A stretch of 64,000 bases of DNA. Source: Nemertoderma westbladi (Eukaryota > Animalia > Xenacoelomorpha). Below the pieces are notes generated by a model that was not told the origin of the DNA, did no database searches, and saw only the letters and a list, made by a program, of their open reading frames with translations. Every line of letters starts with the position of its first letter. Position 1 is the stretch's first letter. The stretch covers positions 13,758 through 77,757 of the forward strand of contig JAUCBJ010001244.1 of the NCBI GenBank assembly GCA_032718475.1. Reading direction: 5' to 3'. The position numbers were made by a program, and so were the translations under genes. Positions 1 to 13,108 of the stretch are shown here, in pieces.

Positions 1-290
1 GTATCACCGGAAAATAGGTCAGGCATTGTTTATCGTTATCCAGCCAACAAAACCAAATATTTAACTGATTCTGATGGTACGTTTCTGCCTGTTTCATGTA
101 GGGCCCATCTACCCCCCACGAGACAATTTACTAACTCTCAAATACTACTTATTAGAGACTATATTTCTAGTTTATACTGTTCCGATATCTTTACTTCTTT
201 CAATCTGCGTCCCCCAGAACTAATGCCATTCGACATTGTAGAGATTTATACAAAATGTTTCATTGTAAAAAATTCATTGTCAAAGATGTC
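1..290 (+). pseudogene. Fragment of Helentron-like Rep/helicase protein (diverged paralog of the 37.8-56 kb copies)
   Basis: Frame 1 reads VSPENRSGIV...LPPRRQFTNSQ...SDIFTSFNLRPPELMPFDIVEIYTKCF, aligning by eye with LTPEYRHGIV...LPEWHQFTDNQ...ADSITSFSIRAPELRVFDKVEVFFECF of ORF 40973-42070; runs off the window edge. Confidence 0.7.
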
Positions 291-880
291 CCTTAATCCA
301 TATATAACACCTTAAAAATCCTTGAATAATCGCTTTTTATCGTTTATTTTTAATATTCATTTATATTGAATATTATGTATAATAATATTATGTTCTATAT
401 TCGCTACTAACTCTCCATTAATGTCTAGTTATTTGTGTAATTTATTCCTAGAGTATAATTCATTTACCCAGTAACCTCGATTATTTTACCATTAATTAGT
501 TCTTCATAATATTTATAATATCATATTACAATATTAATAATGGTGCCTATTTTATTGACTGTCGGTTAGTTCTTGTGGTGAGCTTCTATTTATATAACCA
601 ATGGTCAATAATATATATATATCACTCAAGATACAAAAGTTGGACTTCGAAATTATATAAAATTATTTTGACCCGAAATTTAGCACACTCTTCTACTAGA
701 TACTGGAATAAAATTCTCATTGGTAAACAGTAAATAACAAACGATTAGGTGGATCCAGAGCACCCACCATAAGACCCATTCCACACCCGCGATAGCAGCG
801 TTCTCAATTTAGTCTTGGCAACTCTTCGAGAACCAGTTTTGCCCGTGGGGTTGTTTATTGGAGATAAATTTATAAATTTA

Positions 881-1146
881 CTAGCAGGCAATACCCGAGG
901 CGGGTTACCTGATATTTCCCGCTACCGGTATAGGCCTACTGGTGTAGCAGCACCGGTATAGGCCTACCGGCGTACCAGTACCGGTACCGAACGTGAATTA
1001 AACTTTTCGAAAAGTGGCCTATAACGACCGCTGGTTAAAGTTATACACACATGCCAAGTCCCAGCGCAATCCCTCGGCCCGTTTTGGAGGAGTTCGAACA
1101 CAGAGAGAGAGAGAGATAGACAGAATTTGATTTTTATAGGTATAGA
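881..1146 (-). mobile_element. Short non-autonomous Helitron
   Basis: On - strand starts TC (1146) and ends CTAG (881), lies between A and T, subterminal hairpin cccg-agg-cggg (~895-905), internal (ga)n microsatellite. Confidence 0.7.
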
Positions 1147-1229
1147 TTAATCGTTTTGTTTTTTATTGCCTCTAGAAGGAAGTTCTAGTATATTTAGATT
1201 TATATATTTTGTCTTATTTAATTCTATTT

Positions 1230-2023
1230 AAATTTCCAGCCAGTCATCTAAAGTTTCTATTTGCCTTATTGGTACATCGGGAGATCATCCATCTTATTCT
1301 GAGATCCATGGACGTCTGCGATATTGGTGCATTTTGTCAGGAAGTCTAGGTTTTATGTTTTTATCATCTATGAGCATCTGGATGGCAGAAAGCTGGCTTT
1401 AGCAATAGAGAAATATGCAACCTTTCTCACATGCTGTTGGAATCGTTTCATGGATCACCTTCACCAATGGATTGAACAAGGTATCGATAAACCATTTGTT
1501 GATGTGAAGTATTTATGGACACGAATGGAGGCTCAAGACTAGGGATCCCCTGTAGCAAACATGCTACATATCCATGGTGGAATAACCCTCCACCCAGAGT
1601 CTATAGAGGAAACCACAGGGAGAATATGCTGCGAAACCATTGACTTGCTATCTCCTATGTTTGAGACAGATTGTCCTGAATTGGTTCAGCAAGGAATGAT
1701 TGAGGATGATCAATGGTCTGAGCTATGCTGCCTTGGGCATCTGCAAAATCACACCTGTGACCATGCTGGCAGTCAGTGTCATAAGCGTATTGATGAGACT
1801 GGAAATACGTTTTGGCGAATGCTTCACACTGAAGACAGATATGTATACATTGTATAGCGATGATGCCTTTGATGATTTTGAATCTATAAACATTATTCAA
1901 AGAAATGACGATGGAACTCTTAGATTAGATGATCAGGGTAATCGATATAGTAATCTTATTGGTGGTCGTCATACTTATCCCGCTGGTGGTCATGAGTTAG
2001 CTGTGCTGACAAAACCTATCTAA
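1230..2023 (+). pseudogene. Degenerate HUH replication-initiator (Rep) domain of a Helitron/Helentron-like element
   Basis: YLWTRMEAQD*GSPVANMLHIHG matches the Helitron Rep motif-2 pattern R-x-E-x-Q...HxH, followed by QNHTC...C; in-frame stop and frameshift. Confidence 0.65.
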
Positions 2024-2041
2024 ACCCACCCTCCACCTATA

Positions 2042-3176
2042 CACTAGGCCAGTTCATATATCGGATTTGGATTGAGATTTGGATTTAGATTTGGATTTGG
2101 ATTGAGATTCGGATTTGTATTGAGATTCGGTTTGTGGAGTAAGGTTCAAACTAGGAAGGAAGGTTCTGTGGTATCAATAATAAGCTTTTCAATATGAGCT
2201 TTTCTGTATTTTGAATAACTATATTCAGTAACTCTACCGATTCTGAAATGGTAAATAATTTTCGCTTCAGTGTTGCAGCTGACATGTTAATTGAAAGATA
2301 CAATGTTTAACTGCGGGACAGTTTATAATTATTTATAATATTTTAATTTAAGATACACTAATACCGGTAACTGTATGCATCATAGATATGCTTTCAGTAA
2401 ATGGTAGCAATTCCAAATTCTAAAGTGAAAGTAAATAGTACCACGCGGTTAATCACAACAAAGAAAAGTAATGCATACAGGTACTACAGTATGGTACTTG
2501 TAGCACGTCCTACTGTACTATAATAATTACAGTAGGCCTTGCTTGGAACCTGTATTAATTAAGTGAGCTGCCAGAAATCTTTACTGGAAAAGTACTGTAC
2601 ATTAGGCCCTTTTATTGTTCAAAATAAACTAAAAGTATATTTAAAACACTAAACCTTCCACTCCCGGTAAATAAACTGTGTACATACTGACATATGTATG
2701 ACAGATATCTCAGGGGGCGACCCCTACACTATGTGTAAATCCTTAATAATAATAATAATAATAATAATATGTGATTAAAATTACATTTCGTTCAAAGTGG
2801 TAAGTTTTTTTGTTTATGAGTAGTAAAATAACAAACAAACAAATGTTTTTCCAGTAAGAACCGATACCGACTCTCAGATAACTAACAGTTGAGGTTGAAG
2901 TCAAAGTAACACATAAAATTATAAATTCAAATTTTTATATTTCTTCTTAATAGATTTCGAAAAATACACCCCTTAAAATTAAATCATTATTTTGTTAAAA
3001 AACCCTTAAATTTAAATCAATATTTAGTAAGATACATTAATAAATTACTGTATTTATTATTAATACCACAGAACCATCCTTCCTAGTCTGAACCTCATTC
3101 CAAATCCGAATCTTAATCCAAATCCGAATTTCAATCCAAATCCGAATCCAAATCCGATATATGAACTGGTCTACTG
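2042..3176. mobile_element. MITE with long TIRs (Tc1/mariner-like), TA-flanked
   Basis: cactaggccagttcatatatcggatttgg... is inverted at ...ccaaatccgatatatgaactggtctactg; TA on both sides; internal (ggattt)n subterminal repeats. Confidence 0.7.
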
Positions 3177-3177
3177 T

Positions 3178-3760
3178 AAATCACTGCATTATCTATAAAC
3201 CCACCCTCCACCCATATACATTACAGCATGTATCTAAACCCACCCTCCACCTATATACTGTACATTACTGCATTATCTATAAACCCACCCTCCACCCATA
3301 TACATTACAGCATGTATCTAAATAATAATAATAATTACAAAGACTGTTGTTCTTTCGCTACAATTTATTACATTCAGACGAATTTTCCCAAATATTCAGT
3401 AAACAATTATTTTCAGACGAATGTTCCCAACAATTCGCTACACAATTACCGGAATTGATTCCGACGCGAACTACATACTTATAATGGATTTGGCCCCAAT
3501 AGACGACTAGCGGCCGCCGCTTCCTTCGAGAGACGATACGAGAGGCTGCGTCGTGTTGGTATTCCCAGGCTAAACCCACCCTCCACCTATATACTGTACA
3601 TTACTGCATTATCTATAAACCCATCCTCCCTCCACCCATATACATTACAGCATGTTTCTAAACCCACCCTCCACCTATATACTGTACATTACTGCATTAT
3701 CTATAAACCCACTCTCCACCCATATACATTACTGCATGTATCTAAACCCACCTTCCCACT
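3178..3760. repeat. Minisatellite of ~40-45-bp subunits (aaacccaccctccacc(c/t)atatac...attac), interrupted by an insertion at ~3322-3570
   Basis: Unit repeated at ~2021, 3197, 3236, 3280, 3571, 3616, 3660, 3704, 3744. Confidence 0.85.
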
Positions 3761-4049
3761 TACTTTTTTATTTTACCCACTAAAAACGTTTAACAAATTA
3801 TTATTGACGTTTTTCGTCATTTACCTGCCAGCAACATTATTTTAATATAAAAATGTAAAAATAAAAATTATAAAATTGCAGATAAAGAACGAAAGAGTGC
3901 CTAGATAGTAGATACCTACCCTACATAATGGTACAAAAATGTAATGAATATTATAATAAGTAAATTTTAAAAAGAAATAAGCAACACTTACTTTTTAGTC
4001 CCAATGTATAGCACATTTAAATGGCACAGACTGCTATGCCTTGATGTGT

Positions 4050-4510
4050 TTCTCAGTTGACCTGAAAGCTGGTTTTCCCCTTGCAATGGTTCTGATGGAG
4101 TAACAGTCGCAGGTAAAATTCATAACCGGACAAAGGATGGACAGTATGAACACGCCTGACTGTAAAACCACTTACGTTTGTACCACTTCTTCGTAGAGTG
4201 GTTAAACGTAACTTTCTTTGGAAAATCTACGTAGGAAACATCAGTCCCAGGATTGGTGGCGTTATAGTTAAAGAAGGCTGTTAATTCAGTGTTGTGCGAC
4301 TTCTCTGAAAGAACATTTTGAAGATCAGCCCCCTGGCATAATATGACCATTTGATCATTCTCCAGATAAATTCGGAGAACCTGAATGGGGGAATCTGCTG
4401 CGTGATTTCGAAGCTCAGGGTGCGCCATGCAGCCTCGGGGGCGCCAATGTAATGCATATTCTGGTAGCTGGTGATCACGTTGACATCCGTGGCATCAAGC
4501 ATGAGCTGAT
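4050..4510 (-). pseudogene. Canonical Helitron RepHel fragment
   Basis: ITSYQNMHYIGAPEAAWRTLSF / IQVLRIYLENDQMV / TELTAFFNYN...YVDFPKKVTF...KKWYKRK resemble the conserved post-Rep segment of Helitron RepHel; frameshifted. Confidence 0.8.
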
Positions 4511-5260
4511 CACCCCCAAAAATCTAGACATCTAGACAATCTAAATCAGTACCAGCAGTAAAAACACAATAAATATTGTGTTTTTACTGCTGTACTGTTA
4601 CTGGTTTTTAGTGCATACCTACCGGTAAGGTTTTTTTACTGAAAGTCGCTTGACTATAAATAATAAATAAATGTGTTCAACATGAATGTTGTGGGCATGG
4701 GGTAGACCACGTTTCTAAAACTCAACAATATGAATGCGGGCATTCAGACTCCCTAATATTTTCTTATCCCACACTTCATCAATGAGTTGTTTGAGTTTCA
4801 TTCTGAAGACATGGGTGACCAGGTCAGGATGATCTTCAGCACCACTCCTTCAAAAAGCGACTGCTGGATATCTGGCCAGTTGGTGTTGCACGTCATGGTT
4901 ATAAATCCATCAGGCTTTTTAAATTCGCGCCAGATAGCCAATGCATCCTGTACTTAAATGAAATGTGGTTATTTGATAATGCATGAGTGAGGTTAAGGTT
5001 TGGTATATTTCCACATTGGGCTATGCGTTTCAAAGCCATTCTATTTGCCCTAGTAAGAGGGTCTATGCAGCTACAGGTGGCACCTCCTTTATGCTGCATG
5101 GAGGTGGCAAGTTTTCTTGATCAATGACCTAGAATACCTGACCTGACCCGCAAATTTCCCACATACAACACATCTGTCACGTTTCTTACTACAGTACCTC
5201 CAGTACTGCTCCAATTACCTTCAGATATTCCAGACACCCCATCTGATGTAACCCTTGATT

Positions 5261-6409
5261 TTACGCCTCACGCTCCTTACGTTCATTCTCCGCCTTCACT
5301 TCACTCTCTTTACGTTCCGCCTCATGCTCTTTACGTTCACTCTCCGCCCTCACTTCACGCTCTTTACGTTCCGCCTCACGCTCTGCCTCGTGCTCTTCTT
5401 GCTCCTTCCTTTCCATCCTTCCTATTTCCTCGCACTCCCTAAAGCTTCTCGCGGCCTTCTCGGCCCTCTCTTTGTTCTCTCTTACCAGTTCTTTCTCCCT
5501 CTCTATTAACGCACTCTCTTCCTCCAACTGTCTCTCTAATTCTCTCTGGTCTTGCGCCGCCAGATCAAGTTGGCACGCCAGATCTATATTTTGCACCCTT
5601 CTTCCTTTTGCGGAGGATGTAGCAGAGTTATCGGTTACGACGGACTCCCTTCGCCCTCCCGTCCTACTAACTTTCCCCCGCCTCCTAGAGCTTCCTCCAA
5701 CCGACGAGACCGAATCCTCGGGGTTAACCTCGGATTCGCCCTCCTCCGGTTTCCTCCAACCCACTAATTTTATTCCCCGGGCATCGACTAAGTATGGCCC
5801 TATGTACACTACACTAGGCTGCATACCCCTAGATTCCCATAGTTCAAACAGTTCTCTGCCAACCTCTCTCGCTCTCTCGCTGGCTAGTTCTCCCTGTCCA
5901 AAATGCATTAGGTAATCAAAATGTCTGTTCGACTCACTTAGTCGACTTAGTCGTTTCTTCAACTTTACCTCATCTATCTTTGCCCCTCCTTTGGCCTCCT
6001 TCAGTTGTTTCCAGGTCGCGTTGTAGGCCCGTCGAAGTCGATCGCTGACCCCGACGTCCTCATCGCCCACATCTCCTCTATCTCTCCAGGTCCGGCGCTG
6101 TACCGGCGGCCCCACCGTCGCCGTTCCGGTGGGCCGCTCGTCGCCCTCAGCCTGTGGCTGGCCGGCGACATCGGCACATAGACCGCCGCTGTGTGTCGAC
6201 TCGTCTCTCTCTCCTCCCAACTCGTATCTTTCCATCTTGACTCCCGACTCGTCCTCTCTTTGTAGACAGTCCCCCTCGTCTCGGACTACCGGATCGCCCG
6301 TTACCGATGGGTCCAGCGTCGTGGGTCGGTACCGTTGCGTCGCGGCCTCGCGGATCGTTAAGTCGCCGTCCGGGGTCCGCGGTGGTGTCGTTTCGCCTGT
6401 CCAGCTCAT
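5261..6409 (-). CDS. Truncated LTR-retrotransposon gag-like protein (BEL/Pao- or Gypsy-type)
   Basis: 382-aa ORF starting ~75 bp inside an LTR; PEDSVSSVG-Ser-rich motif followed by an E/R/K coiled coil, as in gag N-termini. Confidence 0.6.
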   Translation of the reverse strand: MSWTGETTPPRTPDGDLTIREAATQRYRPTTLDPSVTGDPVVRDEGDCLQREDESGVKMERYELGGERDESTHSGGLCADVAGQPQAEGDERPTGTATVGPPVQRRTWRDRGDVGDEDVGVSDRLRRAYNATWKQLKEAKGGAKIDEVKLKKRLSRLSESNRHFDYLMHFGQGELASERAREVGRELFELWESRGMQPSVVYIGPYLVDARGIKLVGWRKPEEGESEVNPEDSVSSVGGSSRRRGKVSRTGGRRESVVTDNSATSSAKGRRVQNIDLACQLDLAAQDQRELERQLEEESALIEREKELVRENKERAEKAARSFRECEEIGRMERKEQEEHEAEREAERKEREVRAESERKEHEAERKESEVKAENERKEREA

Positions 6410-6484
6410 CTTTACTGGTGGCTGGTCAGTCAGTTTCTGGTAGCTGTGGATCTAATTACTAGGGCAGCAGTTGGCTTTAATTAC

Positions 6485-7036
6485 TTTGACGGGATCCACG
6501 GAGGATCCCGGTTTATCCGGTTTTTAATCTACGCGTCCCCGCCGTGCGTGTGAAATGGTGAAAGAGTTATTAATCGCTGTATATAGTCCTTTGGGTATAA
6601 TAGTATGAGATATGTAAGATAGGTTGATATAAGTTACTATAAAATATAATATTGGCACTAGACGAAAGACGTTAATTAAAGTTTCGGTACTACCCTAGCT
6701 AAACTGACTTACAATAAGTGAATGAAATGATTACTGTACTGATAATATATTGCACGGTTGGCCGTATTGCGTTACCTAACCGATGCCTTCCCCCCTATTG
6801 GCTAATAACCCTGTTGTCGCCCTTTTATCCCCCCTGAAGTGCTCCCCTTCGCCCCTGCTATTCTCTCTCTCTCAGGGGTGTAACCCCTGACCCCTATTGT
6901 GCGCGTGCTCTGTGGAGTTTCTCCTCCTGACTTTGTTGGGGTGACACAAGGTTGACATTGGTAATCAACCTCGTGTTCCTAATATTGCTTAACGGCTCAC
7001 TTTATGGAGTGGTTAGCGGAATTAAATAAGCTAACA
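6485..7036 (-). mobile_element. 5' LTR of the gag-bearing element
   Basis: Homologous along its length to 35316-35841; - strand begins TGTTAGC and ends ...CCCGTCAAA (CACA in the other copy); no clear PBS seen. Confidence 0.7.
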
Positions 7037-7039
7037 TGT

Positions 7040-7607
7040 TTATTATAATTTTCTTAGGCGATTTGACAATGGTTTACATGATAACGAAGCTGGAGGTTTA
7101 AATAATTTAAAATTTGTGACAGGCCCACGTTGTTATACAGTATAACTCAACATAGGATTCAATGGGATTAGCCATGCTACATCTAATAAGAGCCCAAACA
7201 GCCACAGATTATTGAGGGATTGACTCAGGACCAAACTGGCCCATTTTATTTTCGTGTGAGGGTAATTTATGTTTTGGGCCCCGTTCTCATCTTTATATTT
7301 CATTCTATCATTCTACTGTATGACAAAAATAATACAAATGTACTGTATATTGTATTGTACAGTGCCTATTGTATTGTATATTTCATCTACTGTAGTACAA
7401 TCTATTCATCTCGCATCCCTATCTGATTGATTTGTGTCAAATTAAATTGCCTTTGGCAACATTATTTGATACAAATCGATCGATTACACAATTAATTAAT
7501 TGTTTAATCGACCAATTAATTAATTGTTTAATTAATTAATGACCTACTTAACACCCAAGGTGCGAAGTGGGTCTAACTGTCGCCGAAAAGGGGTAACTCT
7601 TACTACT
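7040..7607 (-). mobile_element. Truncated terminus of a Polinton-type (AGTAGT) element, same family as the 62161 element
   Basis: Ends ...gtctaactgtcgccga...tactact(7607); reverse complement matches 62161-62430 (ggcgacagttagacccactt..accttgggtgttaagtag..). Confidence 0.75.
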
Positions 7608-8701
7608 CATTAACTTGGTCACTTTGGCGGCCAAAATTACCAAAATTGCCAAGTAAAAACTGCGGTATTCATGAAAGGAACTGCTGAGGCACGTTGGCTT
7701 GTCAATCACATCCAGTGAATACAGGCTGAGTGTAAGTAAAGCCCAACATGTTGGCGCTGAGGTAGAGTTCTGAGGTAGAGTTATCTCTACGTTTAGGTAG
7801 AGAGAAAGGCTCCAGTATAGTAATGGCTGGACTCGCCACTGTAGTAAACATGCCTGTAAGAGTGCAGTGTGAGGCGCCCTAACTTATTATTTTCTACATA
7901 TTTTTTACTAATCTAATAATTAACACACCTTTACCTGTCACTTAGGTTATAAGCAGTGTGCTAGCACTTGCAGCGTAATAATTAATTATTTACTTTAATT
8001 ATATTCGATTGGTAATAAAAATAACAAGTTTATATATTTAATTTGTAAAAATTCTTTAAAATATGAGAAAAGTACTTTACATAGATTTTTCTTTATTTAC
8101 CTGTTTAGTACGCTATAATATAAATGCTCTCATAAATACAGTTAGGGGGGGGGGGGGGGGGACTGGACGCAATAAAAATTCATCACTCTCCAGGGGAAAT
8201 ATGACGCAAATAACAGATGATTACTCTCAAAAATAAAACTGTAATGTTCATTTATGTTTAATTTATTGTTTTGGTTAAAATAACGTGCCACTATAACCTG
8301 CTTCTTTCCCTAAATTGAGAATTTAACATTGAGGCAAGATATTAATTCGCCAAGGCGAGTTTTGCGTCCAGTCCCCCCCCCCCCCCCCGCATCCAACTAA
8401 CTCCCTTATTACGTATTAGCCTGTGCTGTATCAATGCCTCAGTGGGTGGTCTCTACTACAACTGAAAGGCCCGACTCAGCTCCAGGTAAGTTAACAATCT
8501 GTCAATAATAAAAATGAAAGCGAGCCGACATTTAGTCAGAGCAACCAAATGGATGGCCAAGGAGACGGGCTGTCTGGACTTGACTGAGTCGAGTTAAATC
8601 GCTTCGCCAAAACGACCAAGTAGCCCATAGAAATACACTACATTTTTTTGGCGATTTTGGTCATTTTGGCCGCCAAAACGACCAAGTTAATGTTTATTGG
8701 G
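7608..8701. mobile_element. Non-autonomous TIR element (left TIR clipped by the AGTAGT element) with a nested polyG/polyC MITE at ~8140-8401
   Basis: cattaacttggtc..ttggcggccaaaat inverted at attttggccgccaa..gaccaagttaatg; inner gggg-actggacgca / tgcgtccagt-cccc inverted pair. Confidence 0.65.
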
Positions 8702-9515
8702 ATTGGGACTGTATTTACAGTCGTTGCTCGGCGACACAAAACCCCTCACGCGATTGGTCTGGGGTTTGAGGGGGGGCTCCGTCTTCCTCTTGTAGGGCCT
8801 CTTGGCTAAGATTAGCATGGCGCCCTGTTACAGGCGCCATTTTAAAAGTGTAAGTATTAATATACAATATAATATACACACACACACATGCGCGTTCACG
8901 TTCATGTATATAATATATTGGGTCATGCATACTATACTACTGTAGTTCGGCCATAGGGACATCTATTGCCCGATACCCGACTAAATAGCTTGTGTTATTT
9001 ATATGTTACTATAAATTCTAAAATTATAATATTTCATCAATATAATATATCTCAAATAGAGAAATAGTTCAAATTTTATTTTATTCAAATTTATAACCAA
9101 TTTTTATATATATTTGGAAAATATTTTTTAATATATATTTAATGACGTATTCAATTTATAATAAAGAATATATATATTTTTGAATAATTGAATGTAATAT
9201 TTAACATTCATTAATATTTAATATTATAATATTTAATATTCAATTACATTGAAAAATTGTCTCTGAAAGAAATATTTGTTTCAGATCATTAGTATTTATA
9301 TTTATACATTTTTCTTTAATTATAGGAATATATTAAATTTTCGAAAATATTTTTAGCAAAAAGTCATCTGGAATAAAATTGATAAAATAAATAAATGAAA
9401 AAAAACATTGGGCAAACTTTACAGCATTAAGGTCCACACACACACACACACACATGAACGCACATTATGTGTATATAATATATAAGTATGTCGTTACTAC
9501 TTAGAGCAAATTTGT

Positions 9516-9990
9516 TCACTTCCTTTTACCAGTACCGTTTCGTTGTTTCTGCTGCTGCTTCTCATTCCCCTTGGCAGCAGTGAGAGGTTTTAAATTGGGT
9601 TGGTGAGCGACGGGCTTCGGATATATCGGTGTGGTGGTATGCTTTGAATTCGGTGTGGCGTTGATCGTAGGCTTCGCTCCAACAGTGTTTCCCTCGTTCG
9701 CTTTAGCTTGGCCTATTCCACTGACCATCGGAGGTTTCCAAGCATTAACATCGTTAGTGCTATTAATAATGATAGGTCGCCCTCTCTCAGTTGCTGCAAA
9801 TATGCGGCCGTCGGTACTCCATACCATGCGACTTCCAGCCTTCTCCTTTGCAGCTGTCAGGAGAGCCGATTTGCGTTTTGTTAATGAGTCAGACACGAAG
9901 ATACCCGTTCCTTTAAACAATTGTCGATTTTCTATAACCTTAGCCTTTGCCCTATGATTGGTAAATTTAATAATCGATAGATTTTTCCGT
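9516..9990 (-). pseudogene. Non-LTR retrotransposon (CR1/L2-like) ORF1p C-terminal fragment
   Basis: IIKFTNHRAKAKVI...FKGTGIFVSDSLTKRKSALL...VWSTDGRIF is the typical ORF1p RRM/CTD pattern. Confidence 0.7.
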
Positions 9991-11049
9991 TTCGGTTCTC
10001 CGTCATCCGAATCCGTAATCTGATTATATTCGTGCGAACTTTTTAGATCTGGCTATTTTACCATTTCCATGGTATAATAAATATAATTTATAATTAATAT
10101 TAATATCAATATGCCAAGAGGTTAAGTTTATTACAAACAACTATACCCATAATAAGGGTCTGTTAATTCCTGTAGGATGTTATGTCATACATTTTTCGTA
10201 GTGGTAGCGATACGGATTGTGACATGTTGCAGAATCTGCTTGGAGAGTGTAAATGTGCCTTTGTGGGTGGGGTGTTATGTTTAAATACGGAATTTGTGTG
10301 TTTCAGTAAAATATAGCATTTAATATTACAGTTTATCTATGTCGGGAAGGGAGGGGGGGGGGTGGGGGGGGGCTATAGTCCCTAGCCCTCCTTGGGGACT
10401 AATCAAGGACTTACTATTGGCCGAACGGATATTTAACTACACAATGAGATACAGCGTGTAAGGCAGTAAGTGGGCTGCTAATAATTAATAGCCCATATTT
10501 ATTTTTAAGACGAATAATAATTGAACACCCAATTATCTACCCCTCCTGTACTCCTCTTACAGCAAGCAGTGTTTGTATAGTAAGCAGAATGTCAATGTGT
10601 ATAGAAAATGAAAATTTCCCGTGGATAACATACATTTATTTAGTCGCCCAGTTTTAGCCCCTGTCTAATTATTAATTAAACTAATAAATGAAAATAAACT
10701 AATATTTATTCTATTAATAATTACACAAACATTGTGTTTAACTCTTTATTACTCAAAATATGTTCAATATTAATAAATACAGTGTGTGATCCTACATTTA
10801 TTTGTAAGTTCGATACGATTTTAAATTATTCCAGAGCCCGTCAGCCCCCGGACGTTAACTATGTGCGGATGTGTGTGGATTTCATCTATTAGAGTTTATA
10901 TTTTAAATATTATTATTTATATATTATTTATTTATTATTTATATTATAAAAAGTTAAGTAAGATTACTTTATCAATGACAGTTATATAAAGATATATGTA
11001 TGTATGCATATACATTAAAATAGCAAAGTTAAATTACGCAATACCTGAA

Positions 11050-11800
11050 TACGTGCCCGTTTTGGCAAGTACTGTACAAATATCTACCTTACCCGTGTTG
11101 GCAAGTGCATACCTTGCCCGTTTTGGCAAGTACATACCTTGCCCGTTTTGGCAAGTACATATACCTACCTTGCCCGTTTTGGCAATTACAAATATCTACC
11201 TTGCCCGTTTTTGCAAGTACATATATCTATCTACCTTGTCCATTTTGGCAAGTACATACATACCTCACATACATACCTCACATACATATCTCACCTCCAT
11301 GTGCAATGTAAAAATAGGTACAATAGTCCTACAGTAAGTTATTAGTTTATTAATTATTTACTATGTATACTGTAATTACGTTTTATAATAAATTGTTCTG
11401 TACATTACATCTTTATCGTTGAGTCGGACATTGTTACGCTCTCGGTAAAGTTGTACATGTACGTACATAGTGTAATTACGTTTTATATTGGTTTTAGGTT
11501 AGCGTAGTGTAATATTGTATTTGTAACCAAGTAACATAAAGGACCCCCTTGGAAATAAGCTGCAAAGCTTTAGGGGTAATCCTATATGTTATGTTGGACA
11601 ATACCGGTACATTGTTTATAGTGTATTTGTTATTGTTTTTACATAATGTATAAATAAATCTATCTATCTATCATACATATACCTTGCCAGTTTTGGCAAG
11701 TATAAATATCTACCTTGCCCGTTTTGGTAAGTACAAATATCTACGTTTCCTGTATTGGCAAGTACATATTTATTCCCTTGCCCATTTTGGCAATTACATA
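11050..11800. repeat. Minisatellite taccttgcccgttttggcaagtaca (~25-33-bp unit) interrupted by a LINE 3' end (~11400-11672)
   Basis: About 11 units; the insert has a ggacccc..gggg..cct stem, aataaa and (tcta)n tail. Confidence 0.8.
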
Positions 11801-11899
11801 TATAAACCTTGGGTACTGTCCTGTTCCCCACCCCCCCATCACAGAAAATGATTTATGTTAATAACCATTTTAGTTAACAATGAGGGAAAGGATCTGAAT

Positions 11900-12320
11900 A
11901 TATTATTTTTGACAACCACATCCAAACTACAATTCCTACAGTTAACCTACGCTCAAATCCTATAACTAAAACTACTTCTACAAAATTTATATGAGTCTAC
12001 ATAGATCATAATGTAAATTCGAAGATTCACTGCCACTACATTTTATCAAAATTATCGAAATTGACTGGCATATTTTTTAAATTACATCACATTCTCCCAC
12101 TTTCAATACTGAGAACTTTATATTTTGCACTTGTCCATACTATACGGAATAATTCTATGGGAAACAGCTACAATTCCTATACTAATCAAATAAAAACAGC
12201 AATTAATAAAATTATTAGAGCAATTACCTTTAGTTACTTTCAATCTCATGCGGCTCCCATTTTTAAATCCTTGAAAATTTTACTACTTGAAAATCAATTT
12301 GAACTTTTTTAATTCCGTGT
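11900..12320 (+). pseudogene. CR1/L2-type LINE reverse-transcriptase C-terminal fragment
   Basis: TKFI*VYIDHNV..HCHYILSKLSKLTGIFFKLHHILPLSILRTLYFALVH, typical post-RT thumb region; stops present. Confidence 0.75.
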
Positions 12321-12629
12321 GTTCGATATATATACTGTATATATATATATATAATATATATTAAGTCCATTCAAAACAAGGTTTCTATGGTTCCAATTCC
12401 TTTTCTTTTGTTTTCACTTTCGATGCCTTTTCTTCTTCTCTCCACCTTAGTTACAACTGTGAAATAAATTATATATTATGTTATATACTGTTATATACTT
12501 ACTATATTAACATGTTAAATATATTAACAAAATTAACAAACAAATATGGCAAATGCAAATCAAACATTAAATGTCAATCATTATCTAATACATAAACCTT
12601 TCACATCATAAACTCTCATTTTTTACAGG

Positions 12630-12900
12630 ATGGTAACAGTGCTCATATGATTGTTAGAGTTGGTAAAGGTGACTATAAGGTTGTTAGAGTTCGTAATGGT
12701 GCTGATAATGTTGTTCGAATTGGTAATGGTGCTGGTAAGGTTGTTAGAGTTTGTAACAGTGCTGGTAATCTTGTTAGATCTGGCAACAATGTCGGTATGG
12801 TTGTTAGAGTTTGTAATGGTACTGGTAATATTGTTTTTGTTGTTAATGGTGCTGATAATGTTTTTCGAGTTGGTAATGGTGCTGGTAAGGTTGTTAGACA
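12630..12900. repeat. 42-bp tandem repeat (gttgttagagttggtaatggtgctg..)
   Basis: About 6.5 units; in-frame unit length explains the spurious ORFs on both strands. Confidence 0.85.
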
Positions 12901-13108
12901 CCAATGTTGGAATATTGTTGTTCTAAATCAAAGCATCAATGTTCTCCAATGGAATTATTATTCTGAAATAAAATTCAATAAAATTAAACAACAAAATTAA
13001 ATATTCTGAAATCGGGTTGGTACTGGTCAAACGACTCAGAGGAAATATGGCTTAGTATATTTCAATCCATTCCGGCAACTCTATCAGGTAGAGCCATGTT
13101 CGATAAGG

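Noticed and set aside
5255-6443. + strand ORFs 5255-5509, 5472-5915, 6129-6443
   Set aside because: Antisense shadows of the gag-like ORF
10996-11345. ORFs with LPVLAS/PCPFWQ repeats
   Set aside because: Translations of a minisatellite
12623-13000. Three overlapping ORFs (Thr/Asn- or Val-rich)
   Set aside because: Artefacts of a 42-bp tandem repeat; cannot be supported as genes
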